This document shows, one piece after another, positions 26,283-36,355 of a stretch of DNA of 46,708 nt; position 1 is the first letter of the stretch; every line of letters starts with the position of its first letter. Made by a program: the position numbers and the translations under genes. A model generated the notes under the pieces. It saw only the letters and a list, made by a program, of their open reading frames with translations, was not told where the DNA came from and made no database searches. Origin of the DNA: an uncultured Spirochaetaceae bacterium (lineage in GTDB: Bacteria; Spirochaetota; Spirochaetia; DSM-27196; PWMO01); contig CAZWNS010000003.1 in assembly GCA_964635245.1 (NCBI GenBank), positions 29,457 to 76,164 of the forward strand, written 5' to 3'.

Positions 26283-28121
26283 ATGAAAAGTCGGCTCCGG
26301 GGCGCGTTCGTTCTGATCCCCGCGGTGTACGCGGGCGTGATTCTACTCCTGCTCTTTCTTCAGTTTTCAGACGGTCAGCGCTTCTACGAGTCAACAAACG
26401 GGTTGACCCTCGAGGGCCGCATGACACCGACCGTGGAACGGGAGAGCAGCACGATCTCCTACGTGCGCGTCTCCTACAACGGTATCGCCTTCGAGTTCAA
26501 CGACGAGGCGTCCCTCCTGCTCCGAAGCGAGAACGATGAGACGCGCATGCTCGCCCCCCGATCCTATTCCAGTACCGACTCCGGGTTCCGCATCCGGTTC
26601 GAGGATGACGCGACGCTCGCGTTCGACGTTGCGGACGCCGACGAAGGGGAGCTGCGCGTACACCCTGAGCTTCCGGACACGCTCGGCACGACTGAGTCGA
26701 TCAGCTTCCCGACGGCCACCACCGCGGGCGCGGTATTGCAGCAGTCTGCACTCCCGGGCATCTATCCGGTGCGCTTTGAGTCCCGGACATATCACCTCGC
26801 CCCGCCGCCCCGGGCGGAGCTCGACGCCCGGAACAATCTGCTCGAGTTCTCCATCGATGCGGAAACCCGCACGGTGCGCTACCTGCGGGCCGAGACCGAG
26901 CAGCAGGAGGTGTTCGGCACCTGGTTCTCCGACGACCGGATGTGGATTCCCTCCGATGAGTACCAACGTACCGTCGACGCGTTCATCGACGACGCCTACC
27001 GCGGCTGGACCGACACGCGGCTGAACGCCGGCAGCGGCACCTGGGATAGGCGATCGGGCTCGCCGGCGTTCTCCGAGTCGATCCTTACCGCGACCCTTGC
27101 CGAGGCCTGGCAACGTGATGAGTACACCCGGGTCTTCACCGACATGCGCAGGGCGGCGGATCGGCATCCGGACCGGGTCTCGCTGCTCTCCGCTCCCTTC
27201 CTCGGGAACCTCGACGATATACGCGAGCAGTATCTCGAAGCCGACGAGACCCGGACCGAGCGGCTGCTCGAGCTGGCGAGAAACCGCGATCCGGAGCTCT
27301 TCCGCACACCGGACCTGGCGCAGTTTGCCGTCGACCGTGGCAGCGAGGAGCTCTACCGGGCCGTGCTCACCGCCGCGGAGGAGATCGACTACCTGGAGAC
27401 GACCATCGAGCAGGCAATCGGAATGCTCCGCAACTACTACCTTGCCGACTTCCCGAACGAGGAGAGCCGCGACGCGTTCAGCCGCTTCTCCTCGATTGTC
27501 GAGGAGCGGCTGTTGCCCAACCTCTACCGCTCCGAGGAGGAGGGCTTCTTTCTCCAAAGCGCGCCCGGACGTGTGGAAGTCTTCCAGTCGGTAGTTGCGG
27601 GACGCGTACTGCAGGAGGCGGGCGCCGAGCGGGAGGATCGACGGCTCGTGTCGGTCGGTCGCCGGCTGGTGAGCTCGAGCCTCGGGCTGGCCGACGAAGA
27701 CGGCTTTCTGCCGGCGGTTCTCTATGCGGGCGCCGAGGGGTTCGAAGGCACGGAGGGCACGATCGGTCCCGAGCGCGTGTACGCGCTGCTGAGCAGCAAT
27801 CCCTCATATCCCGCCCGGATCTCTCTCGCCGAAGAAGTCGGGCCCGGCACCTGGATACAGACTGTGGCCGACTTCGCCGAAATCGAAATCGAGCCCGACC
27901 GGTACCGGTTCGTCGTCGAGTATCCGCGGGAGCGAACCCACTACATCATCATGCAGGGTCTTGCCCCGTTCTCCGAAATGGAGCTGTTCGGCCGGCAATG
28001 GCGAACTGATCCGGCCTTCGAGTCATATGTCAAGGGTCGGCACTACAACCGCGACACCGAAACCCTGATGATCAAGTACACCGACGACTCGGTGCGGGGC
28101 GAAATCATCCTCGAGTACTGA
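26283..28121 (+). CDS. hypothetical membrane-anchored exported protein (612 aa)
   Basis: N-terminal TM/signal; long acidic ORF with coding-like bias; no motif recognised. Confidence 0.78.
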   Translation: MKSRLRGAFVLIPAVYAGVILLLLFLQFSDGQRFYESTNGLTLEGRMTPTVERESSTISYVRVSYNGIAFEFNDEASLLLRSENDETRMLAPRSYSSTDSGFRIRFEDDATLAFDVADADEGELRVHPELPDTLGTTESISFPTATTAGAVLQQSALPGIYPVRFESRTYHLAPPPRAELDARNNLLEFSIDAETRTVRYLRAETEQQEVFGTWFSDDRMWIPSDEYQRTVDAFIDDAYRGWTDTRLNAGSGTWDRRSGSPAFSESILTATLAEAWQRDEYTRVFTDMRRAADRHPDRVSLLSAPFLGNLDDIREQYLEADETRTERLLELARNRDPELFRTPDLAQFAVDRGSEELYRAVLTAAEEIDYLETTIEQAIGMLRNYYLADFPNEESRDAFSRFSSIVEERLLPNLYRSEEEGFFLQSAPGRVEVFQSVVAGRVLQEAGAEREDRRLVSVGRRLVSSSLGLADEDGFLPAVLYAGAEGFEGTEGTIGPERVYALLSSNPSYPARISLAEEVGPGTWIQTVADFAEIEIEPDRYRFVVEYPRERTHYIIMQGLAPFSEMELFGRQWRTDPAFESYVKGRHYNRDTETLMIKYTDDSVRGEIILEY

Positions 28122-28135
28122 AAGAGCAGACGCAC

Positions 28136-28867
28136 ATGACCCACCACGCACATACCCGTAAGTTCCTGAAGCTCAGCCGCCCGGCGATGTTCTACTTTCT
28201 CCGTCACGGAGAGAGTGAGGGCAACCGCAGCAAAACCATACAGGGCCACGAGGACTTTCCGCTCTCCGAGCTCGGGCGCGAGCACGCCCGGGCGGCGGGC
28301 GAATGGTTTGCCGGCCGGGGCATCGATCTGCTCTACAGCTCTCCCCTCAAGCGGGCGCGGGAAACCGCGGATATCGTGCACAGGGAGTCGGGCTGCGGCG
28401 CACCGGTGGAATCGCGTGACCTCATGGAGCTCGACACCGGGATGTTCTCCGGCTACACGTTCGAGCAGGTGGCCGAGGAGTTTCCGGAGGCGGCCCAGGT
28501 GTTTCGCGTCGAAAGCTGGGAGTCCGTCCCCGGCGCCGAGCCCATCTCATCGCTCTACGCACGGGCCGAGCGACACTGGAACCGTATCATTTCGGACGCA
28601 AACGCGGGACATGAGGTCATTGTCAGCGTTACCCACGGGGGTCTTCTGCAGTGGATTATGAAATCTACGCTGGGCGATGACTCTCAGCGGTGGATGCCGC
28701 TCATCAAGGCACGAAACTGTGCGGTCTTTCTGCTGACCGTCCGTCCCGTGAACTACGACCCCGAGAAGCCCGTCGGCAGGGATCCGGCCGACGGGTACTT
28801 CGCCGAGTGGACCCTCGTGAATCACCTTCCCTACCGCGACAAATACGCGCCGACGGGCTCACGTTGA
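28136..28867 (+). CDS. histidine phosphatase (phosphoglycerate mutase-like) family protein
   Basis: RHGES, SSPLKRARETA, ELDTG, VTHGG. Confidence 0.9.
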   Translation: MTHHAHTRKFLKLSRPAMFYFLRHGESEGNRSKTIQGHEDFPLSELGREHARAAGEWFAGRGIDLLYSSPLKRARETADIVHRESGCGAPVESRDLMELDTGMFSGYTFEQVAEEFPEAAQVFRVESWESVPGAEPISSLYARAERHWNRIISDANAGHEVIVSVTHGGLLQWIMKSTLGDDSQRWMPLIKARNCAVFLLTVRPVNYDPEKPVGRDPADGYFAEWTLVNHLPYRDKYAPTGSR

Positions 28868-28904
28868 GCGCGCCGGCAACGCACCCGCTGCCGCACTCAC
28901 CGGA

Positions 28905-30806
28905 TCATCCGATGAGTTCCCGCACGGCTTGTCGGATCGACCCGGAGTCGATTCCGTGGTGGAACACATGCTCCTCCAGTCCGCCGTGGCCGGGCTCGGT
29001 TACCCCGAGGTGCCGGTAGGTCGGGGTGAGCCCCCGCTCGAGGAGCCAGGTCCCAAACCTCGAGCCGAGACCTGTCTGGAAGTGCTGGCTCTCCACCACC
29101 AGGACAAAGCCCGTCTTGCCGATCATCCGGATCGTATCTTCGTCGACAACATTGAGGGTCGGCTTGTTGATGAGCCCGACGTCTACGCCGTCCTTTCGCA
29201 GTCGATCCACGGCGTCCACGGCCCGATAGAGAAGCTCGCCGTAGGTCACCACGTATCCGGCGGTGCCTTCACGGATGACATCATCCCTGTCCGGGGTGAA
29301 GCGGTAGTTCTCGTCGTAGACCTTCGTGCCGTCTTCCTTGAGCACGTAGGGAACGGTTGAGCGCGTGGAGAAGACGAAGCGGATTCCCGAATCGTTGAAC
29401 ACTCTCTTCACCACTGCCCGGAGGTGGTTGGGATCGGCGGGGAAGTAGAGGCGCGTCTGCTTGGGGAAGTTCAGCGGGCCGTTGTCGGCAAAAAAGATGT
29501 TGGTCCCGTAGTGGCACGTATTGTCGGCCATATAGTCCACACCGGCGTGGGAGAAGTGACACAGGACGTTACTCTCGTTGAGCCGGGCCATGGTAAGCTC
29601 CGAGACGATCATCTCGAGAAAAGCCGAGAAGGTGGAAAACACGCCCTGTTTTCCCTCCTCGAATCCGAAGCCGGCGGCAACCGAGAAGTTCCCGCGCTCC
29701 ATGACACCGCCCTTCGTGTATACCTCCGGGTGCTCCTTCCCGATGACGTTCAGCCCCGTCGAGCCTTCGAGATCACTGTCGATGACCATGACCTTCTCGA
29801 CCCGTTCCTTCTCGGGCATCTCATCGAGGATCTCGTTCATGACTGCACCGAAGGTTTTGCGATTACTTCCCTTGTCCTCCGAGACGCCGATGTAGCTGAG
29901 ATTCGGCTTCGGCTTCTCGACACCCTTGAGGTAGTCGGCCGCCTTCTTCCGACCCCGCTTCTCGAGGTAGGCGATCGCCGCGTCCACGGGAACGACGTCG
30001 TGGCCGGCGTGCTTGCCCTCGATTTCGGGGATTCCCGGAGCCATGACCCTGGTATTCACGACCGCGGAGGGCCCGTCGTAGGTGAGGGCGCCGTGGATAC
30101 GCGCGTAGAGGCTTTCCCGGTTCTCCCCGTCGCCTGAGTCGACCTTCATGCCGTGCCCGCCGAGGGTCCGGGCCAGATCAAAGCCCGGGAGGTACTCTTT
30201 CGGGTGACCGGCGATGGTGACGTTGTTGTCGTCGATGAGCACTGAAACCTTCAGATTATGGGCGACGGCATGACGGGCGGCTTCAGCGTCGTTTCCTTCC
30301 TGCTGGGATCCGTCGCTCCCGAAGAGCACCACATGCTTGTCCGGATTCGCCCTGGCAACCCCGTTGACATAGGGGAACATGTGTCCGAGCCGGCCCGAGC
30401 TGAACTTGATGCCCAGGGACCGGTCGAGCTCGGGGTGTCCGTACAGGCCTTCGTCGGCGGCCCGGTAGTGGTAGAGCTTCTCCAACGGCATTTCGCCGTT
30501 CATGGCCGCGAGGGCGTACTGAATCGCCACGCGGTGTCCCGCCTCGTCGAAAGCGACGGGGACAACCTTTCCCGTGCCGCGCATGAACCCTTCGGCAATC
30601 AGAACCTCCGGGACGATGTTGTAGGGACCGCCGGTGTGCCCGGAGAGTCCCTTCCCGGCGGCAATTGCAGTATAGAAGACGATCAGGTCGCGAAAGAGGG
30701 CGATGTTCTCTTCGAGCTGCTGCTTCTTCGCGTCGCTGAGCTTTCTTTCGTCGAACGTGAACGAAAGCGGTTTGTAGCCGGATACATCAATGGGAAAATC
30801 TGCCAT
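28905..30806 (-). CDS. transketolase-like ThDP-dependent enzyme (single chain)
   Basis: GHTGG, YGHPE, SSGRLG, SDGSQQEG...DDNN ThDP motif, SDLEGST, GVMERG, STFSAF, SHAG; AGGAGG RBS. Confidence 0.85.
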   Translation of the reverse strand: MADFPIDVSGYKPLSFTFDERKLSDAKKQQLEENIALFRDLIVFYTAIAAGKGLSGHTGGPYNIVPEVLIAEGFMRGTGKVVPVAFDEAGHRVAIQYALAAMNGEMPLEKLYHYRAADEGLYGHPELDRSLGIKFSSGRLGHMFPYVNGVARANPDKHVVLFGSDGSQQEGNDAEAARHAVAHNLKVSVLIDDNNVTIAGHPKEYLPGFDLARTLGGHGMKVDSGDGENRESLYARIHGALTYDGPSAVVNTRVMAPGIPEIEGKHAGHDVVPVDAAIAYLEKRGRKKAADYLKGVEKPKPNLSYIGVSEDKGSNRKTFGAVMNEILDEMPEKERVEKVMVIDSDLEGSTGLNVIGKEHPEVYTKGGVMERGNFSVAAGFGFEEGKQGVFSTFSAFLEMIVSELTMARLNESNVLCHFSHAGVDYMADNTCHYGTNIFFADNGPLNFPKQTRLYFPADPNHLRAVVKRVFNDSGIRFVFSTRSTVPYVLKEDGTKVYDENYRFTPDRDDVIREGTAGYVVTYGELLYRAVDAVDRLRKDGVDVGLINKPTLNVVDEDTIRMIGKTGFVLVVESQHFQTGLGSRFGTWLLERGLTPTYRHLGVTEPGHGGLEEHVFHHGIDSGSIRQAVRELIG

Positions 30807-30864
30807 ATGTCCTCCTGAGGTTTCAGCCTACCGCAAAAGCTGGACGATAGAAAAGTGTCGTCAC

Positions 30865-31497
30865 TCAACGCATATCCCGCGCGAGGCGCGCGCCAAGCTC
30901 ATCGAGAATCTCCGTGACCTCTATCTCCGAGGCCCGAAGGAGGACCAGCACATGGTAGAGGAGGTCGGCCGATTCGGCAACGATCTCTCCCCGTTCACGT
31001 GCGAGGATGAGCTCCACCGCCTCCTCCCCGGTCTTCTTGCGGATCTTGTCGACGCCGCTTTCGAACAGATGGGTCGTATACGAGCCTGCCGGAAGGCTGC
31101 GCTGGCGCTCGCGCACGAGCTCGTAGAGACGGGTGAGCACCGCCTCGCGCTCCGCGGCGGCCCCGGTCGCTCGGGTCAGCGGCCGATCGCCGGGACTCCC
31201 GGGCGCGCTCTCGGCGGCGCTGTCGACGGGGCTCCCGGCTGCTCCGGCCTGCGTCGCGCCGCCCGCCGTGCCGCCCGCCCCTTCACGGCGGGGCTGCTCC
31301 ACCAGAGCGCGATACCATCGACCCTCGTCGGCGATGGAGAGCAGCCGGTACGCCGGCGCATGCGGCAACAGGCGCCCCGTCTCCGGGTTGAGCGTCCACA
31401 ATTGACCCTGCTCGAGGCTCTTTCTATAGCCTTTCTCGTCTACGAGGGCGGCCTCGAGCACCTCTCCGTCCCGCGTCGCGATAACAAGCGGTCTCAC
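30865..31497 (-). CDS. hisE: phosphoribosyl-ATP pyrophosphatase HisE with degenerate HisI-like N-terminus
   Basis: SYTTHLF..G..KIRKKTGEEAVELILA, ESADLLYH; overlaps the hisA stop. Confidence 0.85.
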   Translation of the reverse strand: MRPLVIATRDGEVLEAALVDEKGYRKSLEQGQLWTLNPETGRLLPHAPAYRLLSIADEGRWYRALVEQPRREGAGGTAGGATQAGAAGSPVDSAAESAPGSPGDRPLTRATGAAAEREAVLTRLYELVRERQRSLPAGSYTTHLFESGVDKIRKKTGEEAVELILARERGEIVAESADLLYHVLVLLRASEIEVTEILDELGARLARDMR

Positions 31498-32240
31498 TAC
31501 CAGTCGGCTCCTTCCTCACCCTGGAACGTCGCAATGAGAGATTCGAGGTTCACCGTACCCTCGTAGAGCGCCTTCCCCACAATCACGCCGCGCACGCCCT
31601 GATGGGCCTGCTCGGCCACCGCCTTGACGTCGGCCTCCGCCCCGATTCCGCCGGACAGTACCACCGGCAGGCCGGATGCCTCGGCCATGAGATTGGTGCG
31701 CTCGATGTCGGGACCCGCGAGCGTGCCGTCACGCTCGATATCGGTGTAGACGACGCTCGAAGCTCCGACCGCGGCCGCCTGCCGGGCGAGCTCGGTATCC
31801 TGAATGCGCGTCTTCTGTTCCCATCCGGACACGTAGACCAGGCCGTCGCGGGCGTCGATACCGGCCACGAACACGTTCCCGTAGTGAGCGCTCCAGCCTT
31901 CCACGATCTGCGGTTTCTTCGCGAAGGTCGTTCCGAGCACCAGTCGGTCGATCCCGAGATCGAGGAGCTCCTCGACATCGTCATCGGTGCGGATGCCGCC
32001 GCCGAGCTCGATCACACAGCCGACCGCTTTGCGGATTTTCCGTATCTTCTTACGGTTCGTCGCCTTATCGCCGTGCGCCGCATCGAGGTCAACGATGTGA
32101 ATCCGTCGCGCGCCCGCCTGCTCGAACTCCCGGGCTACCGCCACGGGATCGCGCTCGTAGAACGTCGCCTCGTCGTAATCGCCCTGGTTCAACCGCACGC
32201 ATTGCCCTCGGAGCAGATCAATGGCTGGGATGATGATCAT
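31497..32240 (-). CDS. hisA: ProFAR isomerase
   Basis: IIPAIDLLRGQCVRLNQGDY, HIVDLDAA, GGGIR, TDIERDGTLAGP, GKALYEG. Confidence 0.95.
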   Translation of the reverse strand: MIIIPAIDLLRGQCVRLNQGDYDEATFYERDPVAVAREFEQAGARRIHIVDLDAAHGDKATNRKKIRKIRKAVGCVIELGGGIRTDDDVEELLDLGIDRLVLGTTFAKKPQIVEGWSAHYGNVFVAGIDARDGLVYVSGWEQKTRIQDTELARQAAAVGASSVVYTDIERDGTLAGPDIERTNLMAEASGLPVVLSGGIGAEADVKAVAEQAHQGVRGVIVGKALYEGTVNLESLIATFQGEEGADW

Positions 32241-32381
32241 CTTCAGATTCCTCACTCAAGCGGACCGGATGTTGAGATCTATCATACGAAAAAGCCGCGG
32301 ATTTTTGTAGTGATCGTGCGGCGGGCGCGGCCGCCGGTGACGGTAGCGCAGCCGGGCAGCGCCGGCCGCCGGTGACGCCGA

Positions 32382-33668
32382 CTACATCCCCGGCGCCGGC
32401 GTCTCGGGCACGATCTCCGTTTCCCGCTTCGTGCGCATCAGGATCAATCCCCCGATGAGAAACAGGGCAAGCACGGTCAGCACCCCGAAGCGTTCCTCGC
32501 CGGTCATCCAGGTCACGGTGCCGACGAGGAAGGGGCCGACGATGGACGAGAACTTGCCGACGATGTTGTAGAACCCGAAGAACTCCGAAGACGTGCGTTT
32601 GGGCACGAGCTTTCCGAAGTACGAGCGGCTCAGCGCCTGTATGCCTCCCTGCGAGGAGGCAACCAAAATCGCGACGAGCCAGAAGACCCGTGTACGCGTT
32701 ACCATGTCTTCGAAGGACGGCATCAGGAAGGCGAGCACCGCGACGACGCTGTAGACGAAAATGCCGACGAATATCATGCGCCGACCGGTGAATGCCTTCG
32801 CGAGCCGGCCGTAGAGAATGGCGAAGGGAAAGGCGGTGATCTGAATCACCAGCAGCACCAGGATCAGCGTGGTCTGGTCGATGCCCATGGACACGGCGAT
32901 GGGTGTCGCCATGCGGATAACGGTGTTCACCCCCTCGATGTAGAAGAAGTAGGCGGCCAGAAACACGAAGATGTTGCGGTATCGGCTCATGTCACGAAAG
33001 GTGTCACGCAACCGCGCAAAGCTGTCGCGAACGGGCGTGGGAGAAGGCTCGACGGCGTAATGCTGCTTCACGTTCCGCAGCATGGGAATCGAAAACAGCG
33101 CCCACCAGACCGCGGTCATGAGGAAGGAGAGGCGGTAGACCGCTTCCTGCGACGCGAAACCGAGCGCTTCGTAGTTGAGGATCATGACGATGGTTATCAC
33201 GAAGGGGATGGTGCTGCCGCCGATATAGCCGAAGCCGAAGCCGGCCGCCGATACGCGGTCCATGCGCTCGTTGGTGGTCACGTCGACGAGAAACGCGTCG
33301 TAGAACAGATTCGCACCGCTGAACCCGACCACCGAGAGCGCATAAATCATGATGGCGAAGAGCCACTGCCCCTCCCCGATGAAGAACATCGCCACCGTGG
33401 TGCCCACACCGACGGTAAGGAAGAAGGAGAAGAACCTCTTCTTGCGGCTTCGGTAGTCGGCGATCGTACCGAGAATCGGGGCCAGAATCGCGACGAAGAG
33501 ACTCGCCGCGCTGTTGCCGTAGGCCCAGGTCGCAAGGTAGGTCGCCTCGCTCGTAACCGTCTGGTAAAAGAGGGGGAAGATTGCCGTGGTGATAATGATG
33601 CTGTAGGCCGAGTTCGCCCAGTCGTAGAGGATCCAGCTGCGTTCTTCGCGCGTCGGTTTCAGGTACAT
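32382..33668 (-). CDS. MFS transporter (UMF1/ATG22-like)
   Basis: SWILYDWANSAY, FYDAFL, GFGYIGG, QALSRSYF, FFGFYNIVGKF; about 12 TMs. Confidence 0.9.
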   Translation of the reverse strand: MYLKPTREERSWILYDWANSAYSIIITTAIFPLFYQTVTSEATYLATWAYGNSAASLFVAILAPILGTIADYRSRKKRFFSFFLTVGVGTTVAMFFIGEGQWLFAIMIYALSVVGFSGANLFYDAFLVDVTTNERMDRVSAAGFGFGYIGGSTIPFVITIVMILNYEALGFASQEAVYRLSFLMTAVWWALFSIPMLRNVKQHYAVEPSPTPVRDSFARLRDTFRDMSRYRNIFVFLAAYFFYIEGVNTVIRMATPIAVSMGIDQTTLILVLLVIQITAFPFAILYGRLAKAFTGRRMIFVGIFVYSVVAVLAFLMPSFEDMVTRTRVFWLVAILVASSQGGIQALSRSYFGKLVPKRTSSEFFGFYNIVGKFSSIVGPFLVGTVTWMTGEERFGVLTVLALFLIGGLILMRTKRETEIVPETPAPGM

Positions 33669-33790
33669 GCCCCCTCCTTCTCACCGCCTCGAGGCTACCC
33701 TATTCCGGCCGTGCAGGTACAGAGGGGCCGGCTCCGGTGGGCCCGCTACAGTGGACAGTACGGCGGCCGCGCGGTTATCTTAACGCCTAC

Positions 33791-34885
33791 ATGGACGCCC
33801 TCGCCCGACTCGAATCCTCCGGCATCAGATACTATCTTGTTTCCTTTTCGGCGCTCGACCGCTACTTCGGTCACACTCCCGGAGACAACATCTACGTGGC
33901 CGTCGACGGCACGCTGATCGATCTCGCAAAGAGCCTGGGCGAGCTCGAGTACCCGGGTCTCGAGGACTGGGATGCGGCGAGCCGTTGGGGCGAGGGCATG
34001 GTCTACTATCGCTGTCTGCAGGACGAGCACCAGCCGCGCCGGCTCACCTTTGCAATCATGGACTTCCTCTACGACCCGGCGACCGACACGTTCTTCGACC
34101 CGAACGATGCCTACCGTGAGCTACGCGGCAAGGCCGTACCGAGGAGCGCCCCCGGCCGACCCGCCCTCGATGTCGTGCTCGACGCTGCGGTGCTGAGCTC
34201 TCGCTACGGCTACGAAATCGCCGGTACCGACCTCCCGGAGCTCGGTCACCTCGACGCCGTGCCGGAGGCCGTACAGCGACGGCTCCTCGTCGATCTTCTC
34301 GGCTCGCGGAGTCCCACGCGCGGGCTGCAGTTGCTCCACGATACCGGCGTCGTGCAGCGGATCTGGCCGGAACTTGCCCCGATGAACGAAACCTCGCACT
34401 CGAAGGAGCATCATCCGGAGGGCAATGTGTGGGAACACTCCATCGAAACCCTGCGCTACCGCAAGACCCCCGACCTGGTCTTGAGTCTCGGCCTGCTCTT
34501 TCACGACAGCGGAAAACCGCTGGCCACACGGACGCGGGATCGTGTGTTCGACGGCCACGCGGAGATCGGCGCGGACCTCGCGCGCCGTGTTCTTCGCCGG
34601 CTGGGCTTTTCATCGGAGCTGGTCTCCGATGTCGCGTGGCTCGTCACCAATCATATGTTTCCCGGCGCCCTGCACCGCCTTCCGCCCCATCGCACCGACA
34701 GGCTCATGCGCTCGCAACTCTTCCCCGTGTTGCTCGAGCTCTACCGCTGCGACCTGAGTTCCACCTTTCGCGGCCCCGACGGGTACTACCGCGCCTGCCG
34801 TATCTATCGCTCATTTCTCAAGAACACCTCCAACCCCTTTCGGGACGCCGCCGGCAAGAAGCTGGTCAGACTGTACGTGGAATAG
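33791..34885 (+). CDS. HD-domain protein with degenerate CCA/poly(A) polymerase-like N-terminus
   Basis: HHPEGNVWEHS, LFHDSGKP, GHAEIG, NHM; the N-terminus follows the class II NTase layout without the catalytic Asp residues. Confidence 0.8.
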   Translation: MDALARLESSGIRYYLVSFSALDRYFGHTPGDNIYVAVDGTLIDLAKSLGELEYPGLEDWDAASRWGEGMVYYRCLQDEHQPRRLTFAIMDFLYDPATDTFFDPNDAYRELRGKAVPRSAPGRPALDVVLDAAVLSSRYGYEIAGTDLPELGHLDAVPEAVQRRLLVDLLGSRSPTRGLQLLHDTGVVQRIWPELAPMNETSHSKEHHPEGNVWEHSIETLRYRKTPDLVLSLGLLFHDSGKPLATRTRDRVFDGHAEIGADLARRVLRRLGFSSELVSDVAWLVTNHMFPGALHRLPPHRTDRLMRSQLFPVLLELYRCDLSSTFRGPDGYYRACRIYRSFLKNTSNPFRDAAGKKLVRLYVE

Positions 34886-34922
34886 CCCGCGGAGGCCCCG
34901 CGGGAGATACACCGCAGGCGGC

Positions 34923-36239
34923 CTACTCGCGGAACGTGTCGAGCAGAAAGGCTTTGAGGGCCTCCGGGGTGTTTCGCATCACCGTCGCCTTCTTCTCGAG
35001 CCCGAGCACCCGCTCGAGTCGCTCCGGGATGTCGGGACGCATACCGGTAGCCTCCTCCACCACCTCGCCGAACTTCGCCGGGTGGGCGGTTCCGAGCGTG
35101 ATCACCTTGCCCACCGTCGGATAGCGGTTGGCGACGAAACGCTGGGCCGCGCGCACGCCCGCGGCCGTATGCGGGTCGAGGAAGACGTTCTCGGTAAGCC
35201 GGAAGTGGCCGATGGTTTCGAGTGTCTCCTCGTCGCTCACGACCTCACCCCATATCATGGCGGCCATCACTTCCACGTCGTCGGCGAAGATGGTCTTCAG
35301 GCGCTCGAAATTGCTGGGGTCACCGACGTCCATGGCGTTCGAGAGCGTACGGATGGAGCTGCGAGGGGAATAGGTACCGGTCTTCAGGTACTCGGGCACG
35401 ACGTCGTTTGCATTGGTGGCGGCAATGAAGCCGGTGACCGGCAGGCCCCACTTCCAGGCGAGCACACCGGCGGTAAGGTTACCGAAGTTTCCGCTGGGCA
35501 CACAGAAGAAGAACTCGCCGGGCACCTCCGGCTTGAGTCTGCTGAAGGCGTATACGTAGTAGAACGCCTGCGGAATGAGTCGCCCGAGATTGATCGAGTT
35601 GGCGGAGGTCAGGTGCAGCGCCTCGGCGAGCTCGGGATCGAGAAAGGCCTGCTTGACCATGCGCTGACAGTCGTCGAATGAGCCCTTCACCTCGAGGGCG
35701 TGGATATTGCCGCCGAGCGTGGTGAGCTGCTTCTCCTGCAGCGGGCTGACACGTCCCGAGGGGTACAGCACCACCACGTCGATGTTGCTCCTACCGTAGA
35801 AGGCATGGGCGACGGCGCTTCCGGTGTCGCCGGAGGTTGCCGTGAGGATCACCGCGCGACCGTCCTCACCGGCGAGAAACTCTTCCATGACCGAAGCGAG
35901 ATAGGAAGCGCCGTAGTCCTTGAACGCGCATGAAGGCCCGTGAAAGAGCTCGAGAAGGTAGATATCCTCGGTGAGCCGATTCAACTCGGGCCGGAAGGGA
36001 AACGCCCGCGTTACAACACGATCGACCTGCTCGTCGGAGAGCTCCTCCGGAAACAGGGCGCAGGTGATCGTCTGCGCGATTTCATTGAAGCTCGTCTCCG
36101 GGGTCATGCCGAGGAACTCGCTGCGCAGATCCACATCGGCCGCCGGGTGAAACAGACCGCCGTCTGGTGCGAGGCCGCGAAATACTGCCTCGCGAAAGGA
36201 GACGAGATGCCTGGTGTCTCGCGTGCTATAGAACTGCAT
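34923..36239 (-). CDS. thrC: threonine synthase
   Basis: YSTR, GLAPDGGL, LELFHGPSCAFKD (PLP Lys), ATSGDTG, SANSIN, VPSGNFGN, TAHPAKF. Confidence 0.96.
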   Translation of the reverse strand: MQFYSTRDTRHLVSFREAVFRGLAPDGGLFHPAADVDLRSEFLGMTPETSFNEIAQTITCALFPEELSDEQVDRVVTRAFPFRPELNRLTEDIYLLELFHGPSCAFKDYGASYLASVMEEFLAGEDGRAVILTATSGDTGSAVAHAFYGRSNIDVVVLYPSGRVSPLQEKQLTTLGGNIHALEVKGSFDDCQRMVKQAFLDPELAEALHLTSANSINLGRLIPQAFYYVYAFSRLKPEVPGEFFFCVPSGNFGNLTAGVLAWKWGLPVTGFIAATNANDVVPEYLKTGTYSPRSSIRTLSNAMDVGDPSNFERLKTIFADDVEVMAAMIWGEVVSDEETLETIGHFRLTENVFLDPHTAAGVRAAQRFVANRYPTVGKVITLGTAHPAKFGEVVEEATGMRPDIPERLERVLGLEKKATVMRNTPEALKAFLLDTFRE

Positions 36240-36355
36240 AGAATTCCTTGTAGAGGGTGATACTGACCTCATTATGTGAAATTCGTGTGTGATATGGCAA
36301 GGCGCCGCCGATCGCTGTAGCGAAAACGGCCGAAGCCGGGTATCATAAGCCACCG

